Assembly (NCBI GenBank): GCA_951406725.2
Contig: OX597825.1
Coordinates: 62,682,001-62,746,000, forward strand
Origin: Octopus vulgaris
Lineage: Eukaryota
Length of the DNA stretch: 64,000 nucleotides
Reading direction: 5' to 3'
In this document: in pieces, positions 39,340-53,455 of the stretch
Position numbering within the stretch: position 1 is the first letter of the stretch
Layout of the letters: each line of letters starts with the position of its first letter
Position numbers and translations under genes: made by a program
Notes under the pieces: generated by a model
Told to the model about the DNA's origin: nothing
Seen by the model: the letters and a program-made list of their open reading frames with translations, nothing else
The model's database searches: none

Positions 39340-40965
39340 TACATGGGCTTAAACATTGTTTTTTATGATGATATAACTGAAGCCAACTTTTGGGATATTA
39401 CCCTTAACTTATTTAATGATTCATATTTTCCATGCCATAAACCCTCAACTAATTTAAAAGATATTAGCTCTTTCAGTAATCAATTAAAAAGGCTATTACA
39501 AAGAATTTAGTTAGAAGGATTTCACTTAGACTTTCTAGATTATCTGCCAATGTTGATATCTTCAACGATAAAGCCGAATTTTATAACTCTGCCTTACTTA
39601 AAGCAGGTTATAATGAAAAAATTACTTATATTAACCCTATTAACATTAATTCCACCTGTATTGATCAGGACATGGAAACATGTCATAATGGTAATATCAA
39701 TATAAATTTTAGTTCGAATAACAATACTAAATTGAAAAATGTAATTTTGCAGCATAAGGGAGATAATCGTTCTTTAAGTCCCTTTATATGTAATAAAAGT
39801 AAATCTAGGACCTTTAAAGATAATTACCCTAATAACAAGGTATGTCCTAGTAAAACTGTTTGATTGATAATTCCATATGGTAAGCAGATCAAATGCAATC
39901 TCCCTTACTAGTTTTGTTAAGCTATAGATAAGAATTTCCAAAAAAATTCAAGATACCATTCCGTTATCAATTCACACCAAATTTGAATATGGTTTTCAAA
40001 CACCAAAAGTCTTTTACAGATCATCTCTTCACATATCAATAAGTTGTTAAATACAAATCCATTTAATGAAAATAATAACATTCTTTGAACAATAATAAGA
40101 AAATTATTAGTATTTCTGATATAAATTCGAATCGTATTCATTTCCTTCGCAGTAATTCTATGACTAGAAACTCTATTTATCAATGTAAAATTACTTCCAG
40201 TTTTGATGTCTTTTTTTTACATAAGTAGTTCTTCATCTCAGTTGTCAAAAAGAATATCTAACCATTACTCTACATTTAGACTTATCAATAAACACAATAA
40301 TAGTGGGCTTAGTAACTTAATTTGGTCTCTGAAGGAACATAATAAACAATTTGATTTGGAATGGAATATTCTATCTAGATATTTTTCATATGTTAAAGGT
40401 AAATCGTTTTGTCCACTCTGTAATGAAGAACAATATCTCATTCTGTCCTCGGAGAATTCTCTTGTAAACATGTTTAAAGAATGTGTTTATCGTTTCAAAC
40501 ATTAGCAAAAACATACCTTTACTTCCTATAAGTAATTTCTACCAATCTATAAAATTCAGCCTTTAACTGTCTTCTTACATTTCATTTACACAACATATAT
40601 CTATTCCCACGCTTTTAAGCTTTATTCTCATTCATCTATCACACTATATTTCTCCGTTCTTAATTTTCTGTTAATTTCTTCCTTTCTCTTCTTTCTCTTT
40701 CTCTAAATTGCCTTTGACGTTAAATCTATTAATGGTTACCTTTAAAAAGTAACTTGCCACTGTTCCCCTTCATCATATATGTGGTAATTACATTCGATTA
40801 AAATGGCTTATAGATGTATTTTGTTTCTCTTTTTATCGCTGATGAGATGATTGCATTGTTTCACATCATTTTATCCCCTCTGGAATAATATCAATGTTTT
40901 CTTCAAAACATATGTCAGAAGTATAAAGATTTGAATGACACGTGTGTTTAACTCCTTTTCTTAAT
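39340..40965 (+). mobile_element. 5'-truncated, decayed Penelope-like element (RT C-terminus, GIY-YIG endonuclease, 3' UTR)
   Basis: NFWDITLNL...RLSRLSANVDIF...YNSALLKAGY; AIDKNF; RISNHYSTF...LSNLIWSLK...LEWNIL...CPLCNEEQYLIL...FKH; degenerate CTGATGA...AAAACATATGTC at about 40839-40916. Confidence 0.85.
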
Positions 40966-40966
40966 T

Positions 40967-41043
<77 letters not shown>

Positions 41044-41071
41044 CTATATACATACATATATATATATATAC

Positions 41072-41121
<50 letters not shown>

Positions 41122-41148
41122 ATATATATATATGTGTATGCAAGTATG

Positions 41149-41225
<77 letters not shown>

Positions 41226-42039
41226 TATTATGTATGTATATATGTATATGTTTGTGTGTCTGTGTTTGTCACCCCACCATTGCTTGACAACCGATGCTGG
41301 TGTGTTTACGTCCCAGTAACTTAGCGGTTCAGCAAAAGTGACCGATAGAATAAGTACTAGGCTGACAAAGAATAAGTCCTGGGATTGATTTGCTCGACTA
41401 AAGGTGGTGCTCCAGCATGGCCACAGTCAAGTGACTGAAACCAATAAAAGTGTAATGAGTAAAGCGTAAGTTCTGTAAATTCGTATGGTTGATTGTCACA
41501 TGACATATGCATATTTAATGTACCAATCAAAAGAAGTGACAAAAAACGCTGAGAGAAAAATCAGAAACCAAGTACAATAGTGAAGAAACATGGCTAAGCT
41601 AAGCCAATTCTAAACATCTAGAAAGAAGAGAAAAGATTGAATTTCTCATGTCATATCAAACCAAAGCATAACCATAGGTCTACACACATTAAATGTCACA
41701 CTAGCAAGATGGGTTCTAAAGGACGAAAAACTACATTTCTAACTCAATATGGATGCTTATTTTGCATAAAATCTTGGGTTTTCAGGCCCAAACTGTTAAA
41801 TGAAAAAACACAAGAAATGGATGCTGTTATATTTGATCTCATGCATCATGTTTGGCCAACGGTTTCAGTTGTTTTCCTTGTATTACATAAAGCATAAACA
41901 CAATATTTACAAAGCCAGGTCACATCTCTGAATACATACAAACTTATATAAACTTTGTCAATGTAAAGTTATACCAGGATATAAAATGTAGAGAATGAAA
42001 CAAAAAAAATTATATAAATAAAAAACAGCAGTGTTTTTT

Positions 42040-42082
42040 TATGAGCGTTCTTTGTATGTATGTATGTATGTATGTATGTATG

Positions 42083-42125
<43 letters not shown>

Positions 42126-42208
42126 GTTTCTATGCATGTATGTTTTCATGTATGCATATATGTACATATGTGTATGTAGAGACACACAAACATGTAAATA
42201 TACATTAA

Positions 42209-42247
<39 letters not shown>

Positions 42248-42680
42248 CTCACACACATATGCAGGTACAAATTACATATAATACATAAGTATGTATGTGT
42301 TTATGTGGGTGTATATGTATGTATGTATGAGTATATATATATGTATATATATACACACACAAATGAACATATGTGTATGTATATATATATATATATATAT
42401 ATGTATATGTATATGTATATATATATTTATAATATATGTGTGAGTATATATATATATATATATATCGATATATATATAGTATATATATGTGTGTCATTAT
42501 ATATATATATAATACATATGTGTATGTTTATATATATTTATAGTATATGTGTGCATATATATATATACATATGTATATATATACACACACATATATATAT
42601 TCATACATATATACATATACATATACATATATACATATACATACACACACACAAATATATATACATATATATACATATAT
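42040..42680. repeat. Compound (TATG)/(TATC)/(TA) microsatellite field
   Basis: Direct reading. Confidence 0.9.
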
Positions 42681-43284
42681 CAGTATTAACCTAACAGCAA
42701 ATATAAACATAACAGAAGACAAATACCTAAATCAAATTGAAAATTCTATCTCAGGTGTTGATTGTCGTTACGAATCTATCACAGGAAATGATGTTGAACA
42801 ACTCTGTTTGCAGCAAATGCAACTTAGCTTTTGTTTGCACATGTCTAATATTTTCATTCCAACAGTCAAGCACTCATTTTACATTGATTTTTCACCTTTC
42901 CATATTATTTAAGCTCAAATAACTTTCCAATAGAAACAAACATCCCATTTATTTTTCTTGCTTTCAAGCATTTATGGGAAATTTTAATATGGTTTCATTC
43001 CCCCTGTTTTCATTTGTTGTAGTTGTAGTTGTTGTTGTTTTTTGTTGTTTGTTGTTTGTTGTTTGTTGTTGTTGTTATGCTGGTCACATTACTGAGCTTC
43101 CTGACTTATTTATCTATTTAGCTTAAAACATATGTGCATGTTTTCGAGGAAAAAAAAAATTATGTATATATATATATACACTCAGACACATGCATTTGTG
43201 TGTGTATGTGTGAATGTGAATGTATATATATATATATATATATATAAATACATATATATGTATGTATACGTATATGTGTGTATA

Positions 43285-43332
<48 letters not shown>

Positions 43333-43422
43333 TGGATGGATGGATGTATATATCTATATGTATAAAATAACATAGACAGCTATTCACAATATATATATAT
43401 ATATATATACATATGTATATAT

Positions 43423-43457
<35 letters not shown>

Positions 43458-43603
43458 TATATGTGTGTGTGTATGTATATATAAATATATAGATATAAGC
43501 ACACATGCACAAACACACACACATGTATATGCACATGTACATGTATATATTATGATTTATACATATATGTTTATAACATTTATTCATGTGTGTGTATATA
43601 TAT

Positions 43604-43693
43604 TCTTTTATTCTTTTTACTTTTTTCAGTCATTTGACTGTGACCATTAGTCGAAGAAATTGACTTTCAAGTGATGGTAGGTGGACAAACACA

Positions 43694-43764
<71 letters not shown>

Positions 43765-43769
43765 TCACT

Positions 43770-43805
<36 letters not shown>

Positions 43806-43952
43806 CATGATGGGCTTCTTTCAGTTTCCATCTACTAAATCTACTCACAAGGCTTTGGCTGGCTGGAGGTTATAGTAGAAGACACTTGCCCAAGTTGCTG
43901 CACAGTAAGATGGACCCCAGAACCATGCTTCTTACCACACAGTCATGCCTGT
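43604..43952 (-). mobile_element. SINE family A, internally deleted, with expanded (CA)n
   Basis: Head, body and tail motifs recognisable. Confidence 0.75.
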
Positions 43953-45128
43953 ACTTATATATATATATCATTATCAGCAGCATTTAGCATCCATTTTCCA
44001 TGCTGGTATGGGTTGAATAGTATGACAGAGTCTGAGAAGCCGCACGATGAGGAGAGGGTTTTATGCAAAATATTGAAGATTAGTGTACAACAGAGGGAGA
44101 AATGCTGGTTCCTTGCTAAAAGAGAAATGTATGGCTTTCCTGCATTATGCAGGAGTAGGCGATAGGTACTGGAATGAAGATAAAGATAATGGTAACAGGG
44201 TAACAGTGCATGTACAGAAGGTACCAGAATGTGAGAATAAGGGAGAATATAGATTGCGGCTCATGAAGGAAAGCAGCTGAGAGCAATTTCATAAGAATGT
44301 GGGGAAAAGTGTGACAGATGGTTAGAAATTAGGTTTGATGTGAATGTATGGATGGCTGAAAGAGAATGAATATTATATAGATGGTAAATATCAGTGTGGA
44401 AGGGAGGGGAGAGAGATAGAAATGGCTCAGGAAACAGCACAGATAGTGAGGGGAGCAACAGTATCATATATCTTTGGGTAGATAGCCCTTTGTGGGCAAT
44501 AAAGAAACATATATCTTTGGGTAGATTAGAGCAGAGGGTGATGTGCAAGGTGCAATAGAATTGGGGATCAGAAATAAATTAGGCTGGTTATAGCGAGTGG
44601 GGCAACAAAAGGGAAATGGGTAGATATGAAATGGGACAGAGAATGACAGCAAGTAGGAGAGGTGTTAAACATGATGAATGTCAGATTAAGATGAAATCCC
44701 AGAGTGGAGAAAGAGATTGCTGAAAATCATGGAAGGGGAAAAATTTGTAGAAAATGATATGGACAGGAGTGAAAAAGAAATAACTTGCAATGCCAAAAGG
44801 GGTGTGCGTGAAGTATGTGGTGATTTTGCTCTCAAATGATTACAGCAGCAGAGTGGTACCAATGTTAGAAGAGTGATGGAGGGTTGGGTTTATTCAGGAG
44901 AAGTAATGTGTGTGTGGAGGAATGCTTGATGTAGATAAATTGGGTTTAGGGCCCAGTGTGTACACAAATAAACAGAATGCTTTTAAAAACTCAATTTTTC
45001 TGTGACAGATGGGTTTTTTCAAGCACAGCAAATCATTAATCATCTCAGTCCTATCTCAGTTCTTACATGAGACTCAACATCTTGTGTGTGTGTGTATGTG
45101 TGTGTATGTGTGTGTATGTATGTATGTA

Positions 45129-45173
<45 letters not shown>

Positions 45174-45174
45174 T

Positions 45175-45305
45175 ATCTTCCCTTACCATTTCATCTACAT
45201 TCTCCTGTCTCACTTACCAACAACTTCCATCCACTTTAAGTGATTGGCCCTTCTTTATACACTTGTCATCATCCACATGCAGGACATGACCAAACAATCT
45301 CATTA
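45175..45305 (-). mobile_element. RTE ORF2 C-terminal fragment
   Basis: MRLFGHVLHVDDDKCIKKGQSLKVDG. Confidence 0.7.
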
Positions 45306-45309
45306 TGTA

Positions 45310-45600
45310 TGCATACATACATACACACACACACACACACGTACATACATACATACATACATACATACAAACATACATGCATACACACACATACATACAT
45401 ACATACATGCATACACACATACATACATACATACATACATACATACAAACATACATGCATACACACACACACATACATACATACATACATACATACATAC
45501 ATACATACATACATACATGCATACACACATACATACATACATACATACATACATACATACATACAAACATACATGCATACACACACACACACTTACATAA
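45310..45600. repeat. (TACA)n with higher-order units
   Basis: Repeated CATACAAACATACATGCATACACACAC blocks. Confidence 0.9.
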
Positions 45601-46553
45601 AACATACATACATATATCTCTATCTCTTTCTGTTTGTCCATCTCACTTACCTTCATATATACAAACATACATACACTGAAAACGAGAAAGAGTTTGGGGA
45701 AGAATATTGGTATTTCTTTTTCTATTCCCAATGATTAATATATTTTCATAAAAATTAGATGCTTTATATATAAAAGACTTTGTATATCCAGTAGAAATTA
45801 AATTGGTTCCTTCTTCCTTAATCCAAACTTGAATATTTACATAGTCAAATTAGTAAACAGAAATCAATAATTGTTTTATTTGATAATTAGATATATACTG
45901 GTTATAGTTCTAAATTATTGTTGACATTGTATTGTAATTAATATTAAATATCATTTGATTGCTTATTAATTTAACTATTAGTCAGTGATACAGAATACAA
46001 GTGACATTTATACAGCTACAGTCAATATGAATATATGTTAGGGTAGACACAAGAATTGAAACAGACCATATTTCAGCTTTATTTTCATCAGTTATAGTTC
46101 ATTATTTTATTATGAATATTAATTCCGTTTACTCAAGTATCTAAAAACTACTATTTTTAGGCATCCTAATCAGATTCAACAATTCAGATTTTTCAGTTAA
46201 TGAAATATGTCAGCATACATATGTTCAGATATAATCATATTGTTAGAAATTTCACTTCATAAACATACAATTCTCATTTGATCATACTGTGTGATTACAT
46301 TACAAGTGCCTTCTATTCTAGCCTCTTGGCCAATGCAGTGAGAGCTAATGCATATATATTTATATGCATAGATATATATATATGTATATTCATATATACA
46401 CATACACACATATATATATATATATATATATATGTACATACATACACACACACATATATATATATATATATAGGAGAGGAAAAAATAATAAGGCAGAATG
46501 CTAAACTGAAAGTAAATTTTACTAAAAATGGGTGTATGAAAAATTAGAAAAAG

Positions 46554-46595
46554 AAATCACACTAGCTTTCATTGCAAGGCAAATTTTCAAGATTT
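46554..46595 (-). ncRNA. Hammerhead-like motif, U3-A8 variant
   Basis: AAATC-TTGAAAA-TTTGC-CTT-GCAAT-GAAA-GCTAGT-GT-GATTT. Confidence 0.45.
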
Positions 46596-46622
46596 GGAAG
46601 GGAACAACCCCACTATTTACTG

Positions 46623-46659
<37 letters not shown>

Positions 46660-46733
46660 AATACATATATATATATATGGAAAAAGACGTCAAGGTAGAA
46701 AAGGCTAAAATAATTTTATAAAAAACATTTTAA

Positions 46734-46765
46734 TACCGGTTTCAGTCATTGAGACTTTTTCAACT
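46734..46765 (-). ncRNA. Hammerhead-like motif, U3-A8 variant
   Basis: TTGAAAA-AGTC-TCAAT-GACT-GAAA-CCGG-TA; helix I poor in this copy. Confidence 0.5.
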
Positions 46766-46927
46766 GTAAGTATGGAAAACAATTAAATTTTTGAAAAATT
46801 AAAAGAAAAGCTTTTTAAAAGAATATTTGCATAATATTCAAATACAAGGGGCATTTTCCTTGTTTCTGAAAGTCTCTGGCTCTCTTGTTTGCTCTTGTGT
46901 GTATATATATTTATATATATATATGTC

Positions 46928-47025
<98 letters not shown>

Positions 47026-47072
47026 TGTATGTATGTATATATATATGTGTGTGTGTATATATATGTACGTAT

Positions 47073-47126
<54 letters not shown>

Positions 47127-47238
47127 GGGTTGGGCAAAATAAGGAAAACATCTAGCTTCATCCTAAGGCATATGTATGCACCACGTGAATAATCTCGCAA
47201 TGTCTAAGTGAGACACACACACACACGTACACACGCAC

Positions 47239-47319
<81 letters not shown>

Positions 47320-48710
47320 CAGGGATTGGACAAAATAATGGAAACACCTAACATCATAGCATCATAATTTTGAAATATCTATAAAACTGTCAAAAGCTTG
47401 TTCAGTTTTTTGATCTATTATTAGTGTTGCTTAATATATTTTGCTAAAATTGCTGTTTTTTTTTCAGAGATCATCAGAAAAAGGTAATTAAAATTCATTG
47501 AAATGACAGGTCTAGCGGACTTTTAAAGAGGTCAAATTGTTGGTGCTCAGATGGCAGACACTAGTGGAGTGAAAACAGCTGAAATGTTTGGTGTATCAAG
47601 AAGTACTATCTTGAAAGTAATGACACCCTTTGAGAAAGAGAGAAAAACCTTTTTGTTGAAGCAAAACTCCGGAAGAAACCAAAACTTTCAGACAGGGACC
47701 ATCGGAATCTTACATGAATTGTTAGATAGAATCACAAAAGTACAGCACCCAAAATTACTGCAGAGCTTAATGACCACTTCGAGAACCAAGTTACCACAAA
47801 AACTGTTTGCTGAATTTCACGGGAGGGCTGCATCTACATATTTGGTCCCTAGAGCAGTGGAAGAATGTTATTTTCTCAGACGAGTCATCCTTTACCTTAT
47901 TTCCAACCACCGGTGAAGTATACTTGCGGAGACAGCCAAAAGAAGCATTTGCTTTCTACCAACTGTTAAACATGGAGGAGGATCTGTAATGATTTGGGGG
48001 TCTCTATCTTGGAAATCCGCTGGCCCAAGGGTTTCCTTTCACGGCAAAATTAATAGTCAAAACTATATAAGCATTTTATCTGATCAAATTCATCCTATGT
48101 TGTGGAACTGTTTCCAGAGGGAAATGCAATCTTTCAGATTGATAATGCACCAATTCACAAAGCTAAAGTTGTTACTGAATGGCCTAAGGAACATTCTAGG
48201 GAAGTTGAACATCTTATCTGGCCACCACAGTCCCCGGATCTCAATATTATTGAACATTTATGGTGCATTTTAGAAAAACAAGTAAGGAATCAATATCCTC
48301 CACCATCATCACTACAAGAACTGGAGACTGTTTTAGCTGAAGAATGGACAAAAATTCCTTTGGAAACAATTCAAACTTTGTACGAGTCCATACCTTGTAG
48401 AATTCAAGCTGTAATTACTGCCAAAGGTCATCCTACCACATATCAAAATAAATTTGTTAGAAATTTTAAGGTGTTTTTATTATTAGCACACCTGGCAAAA
48501 TGCTTAGCAGTGTTTCGCCTGCCGTTACATTCCGAGTTCAAATTCCGCTGAGGTCAACTTTGCCTTTCATCCTTTTGGGGTCGATTAAATAAGTACCAGT
48601 TACACACTGGGGTCAATGTAATCGACTTAATCCCTTTGTCTGTCCTTGTTTGTCCTTTCTATGCTTAGCCCCTTGTGGGCAATAAAGAAATATATTTTGT
48701 TCAACCTCTG
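47320..48710 (+). mobile_element. Tc1-family transposon with frameshifted transposase (about 47503-48455), DD36E spacing
   Basis: Left TIR TA|CAGGGATTGGACAAAATAATGGAAACACCT; motifs DFKRGQIVGA, WKNVIFSDES, FQIDNAPIH, WPPQSPDLNIIEHLW; right TIR split by a SINE B (48480-48691), remainder TATTTTGTTCAACCTCTG|TA. Confidence 0.9.
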
Positions 48711-49974
48711 TATATATGTATGTATATTTAATAATATATATGTATATGTATGTGTGTGTGTATATATATATATATATATACATAAACACTTTCACACATA
48801 TAAATACATATATATGTATACACACACAGAGACACATATATCCTGTACACACATTTTTCACACTCCAACTCCAACACTCATGCATGCATTGTCTATAACA
48901 CAAATACTGACTAAATTGCTCACACATTACATAAAATCATTACTACTCATTTTTGTATGTTTAAGCATTCCAACAGGTCTATACATGTATACATGTATCC
49001 ATACAGCCAACATATCCAATCTGCATAAATGGAAAGAAATCGATAGATTTATAAAAACATAAATATATACATATGTGAAAATGTAAACACAGATATGTAT
49101 GTACAATATACTTGTCTACAGTTTGGATACATGTAAAAATATGAACATAGGCATATGTAGGGACAACACAGCTAAAGAGATCACTACATAGATATACAAA
49201 GATAAGTTTGAACATAAAGAGATCAAGGAAGAATCTAAAAGTTTGTGAATACAGAATCAAAGAGCAGCATCTAAATTAAGTAAGCGTTTAATTAATTTAA
49301 ATAACTTAAGTAAATTGAGATGACATTTGAGACAATAGAGATTAATTTACATAAAGACTAATGTTAAATCATTTGGAATGTGTGCACAGGATCATAGGAG
49401 GTCTTAGAGTCAGATAATCAATAAAACATAAGGAAATGTGTAAACTGCAAAATCAGATGTAGTAATAACATATTAGAATTCTGTTATTTGAAATGTACAA
49501 AGAGTGTAGGATGAAAGTAACCTAATATACTTATTCTGGTATATGTTTGTGTTTGTGTGACTTACAGCAAATAAAATCGTTATTCAGTAGTGACATTAGA
49601 ATATGGGATCTACAGGCAAGATAGAAATCTAACCATTCCAAAAACAGACAACACCAAGTTTCGTAGTTATAGGGGATAGCTAATTGGATCGTTAAAAAAA
49701 AACTTATTATGTAAGAGCAAGCATCAAGTGATTTGTTAATCCCATTGATAAATTAAATCCCACTTGTGTCTATTTCCTTAATGCTTCTGATATGCATAAC
49801 TAACATCAACCTCCACCACCTTTATAAGTTTGTGAAGTAAGTAAATTGACCAAGATTTTTCATAATGTATGTTTTATCAGAAGGATTCTTAGAATCTTGG
49901 CAAACGTATTACGACTACACCGTGCATTCCAGAAGGTTTTCAGACTGTTTCAGGTGTCATTTATCAATTTCATA

Positions 49975-50145
49975 CGTTATTTACATTATTTACATTTGAT
50001 GGATATTTGTTCTCATCAGTTTCAGCTGATGAGCCCTCCAGCCGTCATCAGGTATCTTGGGGAAATTTCGAACCTCCGGTTCTCATCCATAAAGAATTCT
50101 TCTTCTTCTTCTTCTCCTCCTCCTCCTCCTCCTCCTCCTCCTTCT

Positions 50146-50187
<42 letters not shown>

Positions 50188-50407
50188 AAGTCACTGTCTG
50201 GAATCAAACGCAGAATCTTCGGGATAATAGCCTGCGCTCTTAACCACTGCGCAATATGCCTGTGATTCAAAATCTCTCCAAGACACCTAATGTAGACTGG
50301 AAGGTATATCAGCCGAAGCATTGTGTTAGCAACAAACAAGATGAGGACAAATATCTGGCAAATGTAAATAATGTACATAATTCCTCATCTCTTAAATATA
50401 GAACTGT
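49975..50407 (-). mobile_element. tRNA-hammerhead element, second locus: antisense full copy plus 5'-truncated sense copy
   Basis: Antisense 49975-50262 (tRNA head about 50188-50260), sense 50266-50407 with tail; TSD TTATCAATTTCATA 49961-49974 vs TTATTAATTTCATA 50409-50422. Confidence 0.75.
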
Positions 50408-50683
50408 ATTATTAATTTCATAACATTTGTAACATTTGTTTAGGCAAATTTGCTACAGCTTTTTGCAGTTCCTGTCAGCTATAAAATATCAAAAATATAC
50501 TACACAAAATGAAATTGTAACAAAATAATATAGAAAAGCTATATATATATATATATATCATACATATATTATCTCCTTCAGGCAAGATAATATTTATAAT
50601 GTATGCTAAATTACTATCGATTCATGATTGCAGCAATTTCATAGGGAAACATCTATCCTGTGATAAACAAATTTGTTTCTTTT

Positions 50684-50716
50684 CCTCATCATTATCGTTG
50701 CCATCATCATCATCAA

Positions 50717-50751
<35 letters not shown>

Positions 50752-51077
50752 CTACCATCATCATCGTCATCATCATCATCATCATCATCACCATCATCAT
50801 CACCACTACCATCATCATCATCGTCATCGTCATCATTATCATCACCATCACCACCACTCCTTCCATCATCCTCATCATCATCCTCACCACTACCACCACC
50901 ATCATCCCGATCGTCATCATCATCATCATTCCAACCACTGCCACCACTACCACCATCATCATCCTCATCGACATCGTTATCATCATCATCATCATCATCA
51001 TCGTCATCATCATCATCATCACAACCACTACCACCACTACCACCATCATCATCCTCATCGTCGTCATCATCATCATT
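50684..51077. repeat. (CAT)/(CAC) cryptic triplet repeat at an RTE tail
   Basis: Followed by AATGTCCATTTTCC (antisense RTE 3' end); contains a ~90-bp internal duplication. Confidence 0.9.
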
Positions 51078-51764
51078 GTTCTAATGTCCATTTTCCTACG
51101 CTGGCATGAGCTGAGCAGGTGACTCACCTCCACCCAGAATTTTATCATCTCGGTCACTATAATACTGAGATGTAACTTTGCATCTTCTTTCCATCTTCTT
51201 TGGCCTTGCTCTCTAATGAGCAACGCCTTCCATCAACAATGCATTTTCATCCACTTAAAAATCATGTATTTACATCACATCCCCATATGAACACAGCTGT
51301 CTTATCTCTTCTACACACTGTTGTCTATTACTTCCATTATTTAAAATTCAAGCACTCTCTCAGCTGAACGAATGCTGTCTGACTTTCAAGCCTGTTAGCA
51401 TTATGCATCATTCAGCCTTTGAACATCTCATTCATCTTCATGTTCTACACTTCTTTTTCTGTTTGGGATTGATGGATCCATACTAAAGTAGCATGCTCCA
51501 TGCAGCAGAATTTTGGTTTAAGCACACCCCTTATAACCTCTTATAACATTTTATATTTTCTGGTATTTTCAGACAATTTATGTGAATTTGTGTTCCACAC
51601 ACAGGAATTCATACAATTACGAAAAAAATTTCATCATCCTCATCATCGTCGTCGTTGTCGTTTAACGTCCGCTTTCCATGCTAGCATGGGTTGGACGATT
51701 TGAATGAGGACTGGCAAACCAGATGGCTGCACCATGCTCCAATCTGATCTGGCAGAGTTTCTAC

Positions 51765-51849
51765 AGTAGAAGTGCCTTACACTATAGCCTCAGGCTGACC
51801 AAAGCCCTGTGAATGGAATTGGTAGATGGAAACTGGAAGAAGCCCGTTG

Positions 51850-51904
<55 letters not shown>

Positions 51905-52130
51905 GTATGTATGTGTTTGTATATGCTTGTGTGTCTTAGTCTGTCCCCCTAACATCGCTTGACAACTGATACTGGTGTGTTTATGTCCCCATAACTTAGC
52001 AGTGTGGCAAAAGAGACTGATAGAATAAGTACTAAACTTACCAAGAATAAGTCTAGAGGTTGATTTGCTTGACTAAAGGTCGTGCTCCAGCATGGCCGCA
52101 GTCAAAGGAGTGAAACAAGTAAAAGGATGA
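51765..52130 (+). mobile_element. SINE family A, 5' truncated
   Basis: Body and tail match. Confidence 0.8.
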
Positions 52131-52134
52131 AACA

Positions 52135-52167
<33 letters not shown>

Positions 52168-52182
52168 CATATATATACATAT

Positions 52183-52271
<89 letters not shown>

Positions 52272-52505
52272 TGTGAGTGTGTATATAAAAGAACTTTTTC
52301 TTCACCCATTCCCTTCCAGTCATTCAATATGTGACGGTGTGTGTATTGATGGCGATTTTCTTTCTCTGTCTTCCCTTCCTTGGACCTTTCCTTTTCCTAT
52401 GTTTCTTCGAAACGTTAAATCCTCTTTCTTTCCTTTCCTGAGCGTCCAATAACACTATACTTGTTCCATGTCCTTGCGTTGTTGTGTTTTCATGTTTTGA
52501 TTAAC

Positions 52506-52554
<49 letters not shown>

Positions 52555-52569
52555 ATATGTATGTATATA

Positions 52570-52854
52570 AAAGGTTAGTAGAGTTAGAGGTTGAAATAAC
52601 CATCTAAGGGATAACAATATCCCTTTAACTACCGGTAAAATTACCTATGTTAACCCTGGACATACATATGCAAGCATATTTTGTTCATAGGTTACAGGCA
52701 ATGACAAAGATAAACATTAGTTTATCAGCAATCAAATTTAAAATAAACAGAAAATGGAGAAATATTGATCAACAACAATTGACTAACATCAATTATTACT
52801 TTTTAATTGATGTTAGTCAATTGCTATTGATCAATATTTCTCCATTTTCTGTTT
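52570..52854. repeat. Asymmetric fold-back cassette in (TA)n
   Basis: Arms 52745-52795 and 52804-52854. Confidence 0.65.
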
Positions 52855-53185
52855 GCTTTATGCATACATATATACATACATACATACATATATATATATA
52901 TAAACTCAATTGGGCTTCTTTCAACTTCCACCAGCCATATCTACTCACAAGGTTTTGGTTGGCGTCCGGCTTTAGTTGAAGGCACTCATCAACAGTGTAA
53001 TGCTGTAGGATTGAACTTGGAACCATATAGTCGCAAAGCAAACTTCATATCGCACAGCTATCCCTGTACCTACTGCCAACTATTGCGGTACATCAACCAT
53101 AACCAACGTCATGATTCATTGTCAGTCAGCCAGAAACCGACTTCCCTCCTCTGTCTATCTACTCTGGCTACCACTGGGGATTCTC

Positions 53186-53414
53186 TTCTACTTGTTTCAG
53201 TCATTTGACTGGGTCCATGCTGGAGCACCACTTTTACTCAAACAAATCAACCCCAGGACTTATTCTTTGTAAGCATAGTACTTATTCTATCGGTCTCTTT
53301 TGGTGAACTTCTAAGTTACGAGGACATAAACACACCAGCATCAGTTGTCAAGCAATTGTAGGGGGACAAACATATACACGCACGTGCACGTGCACACACA
53401 GACACACACACACA

Positions 53415-53455
<41 letters not shown>

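Noticed and set aside
44040-44930. Purine-rich asymmetric tract (mirrored by pyrimidine-rich 18770-19180)
   Set aside because: No ORF or periodicity; adjoins RTE 3' ends and is most simply decayed retroelement sequence
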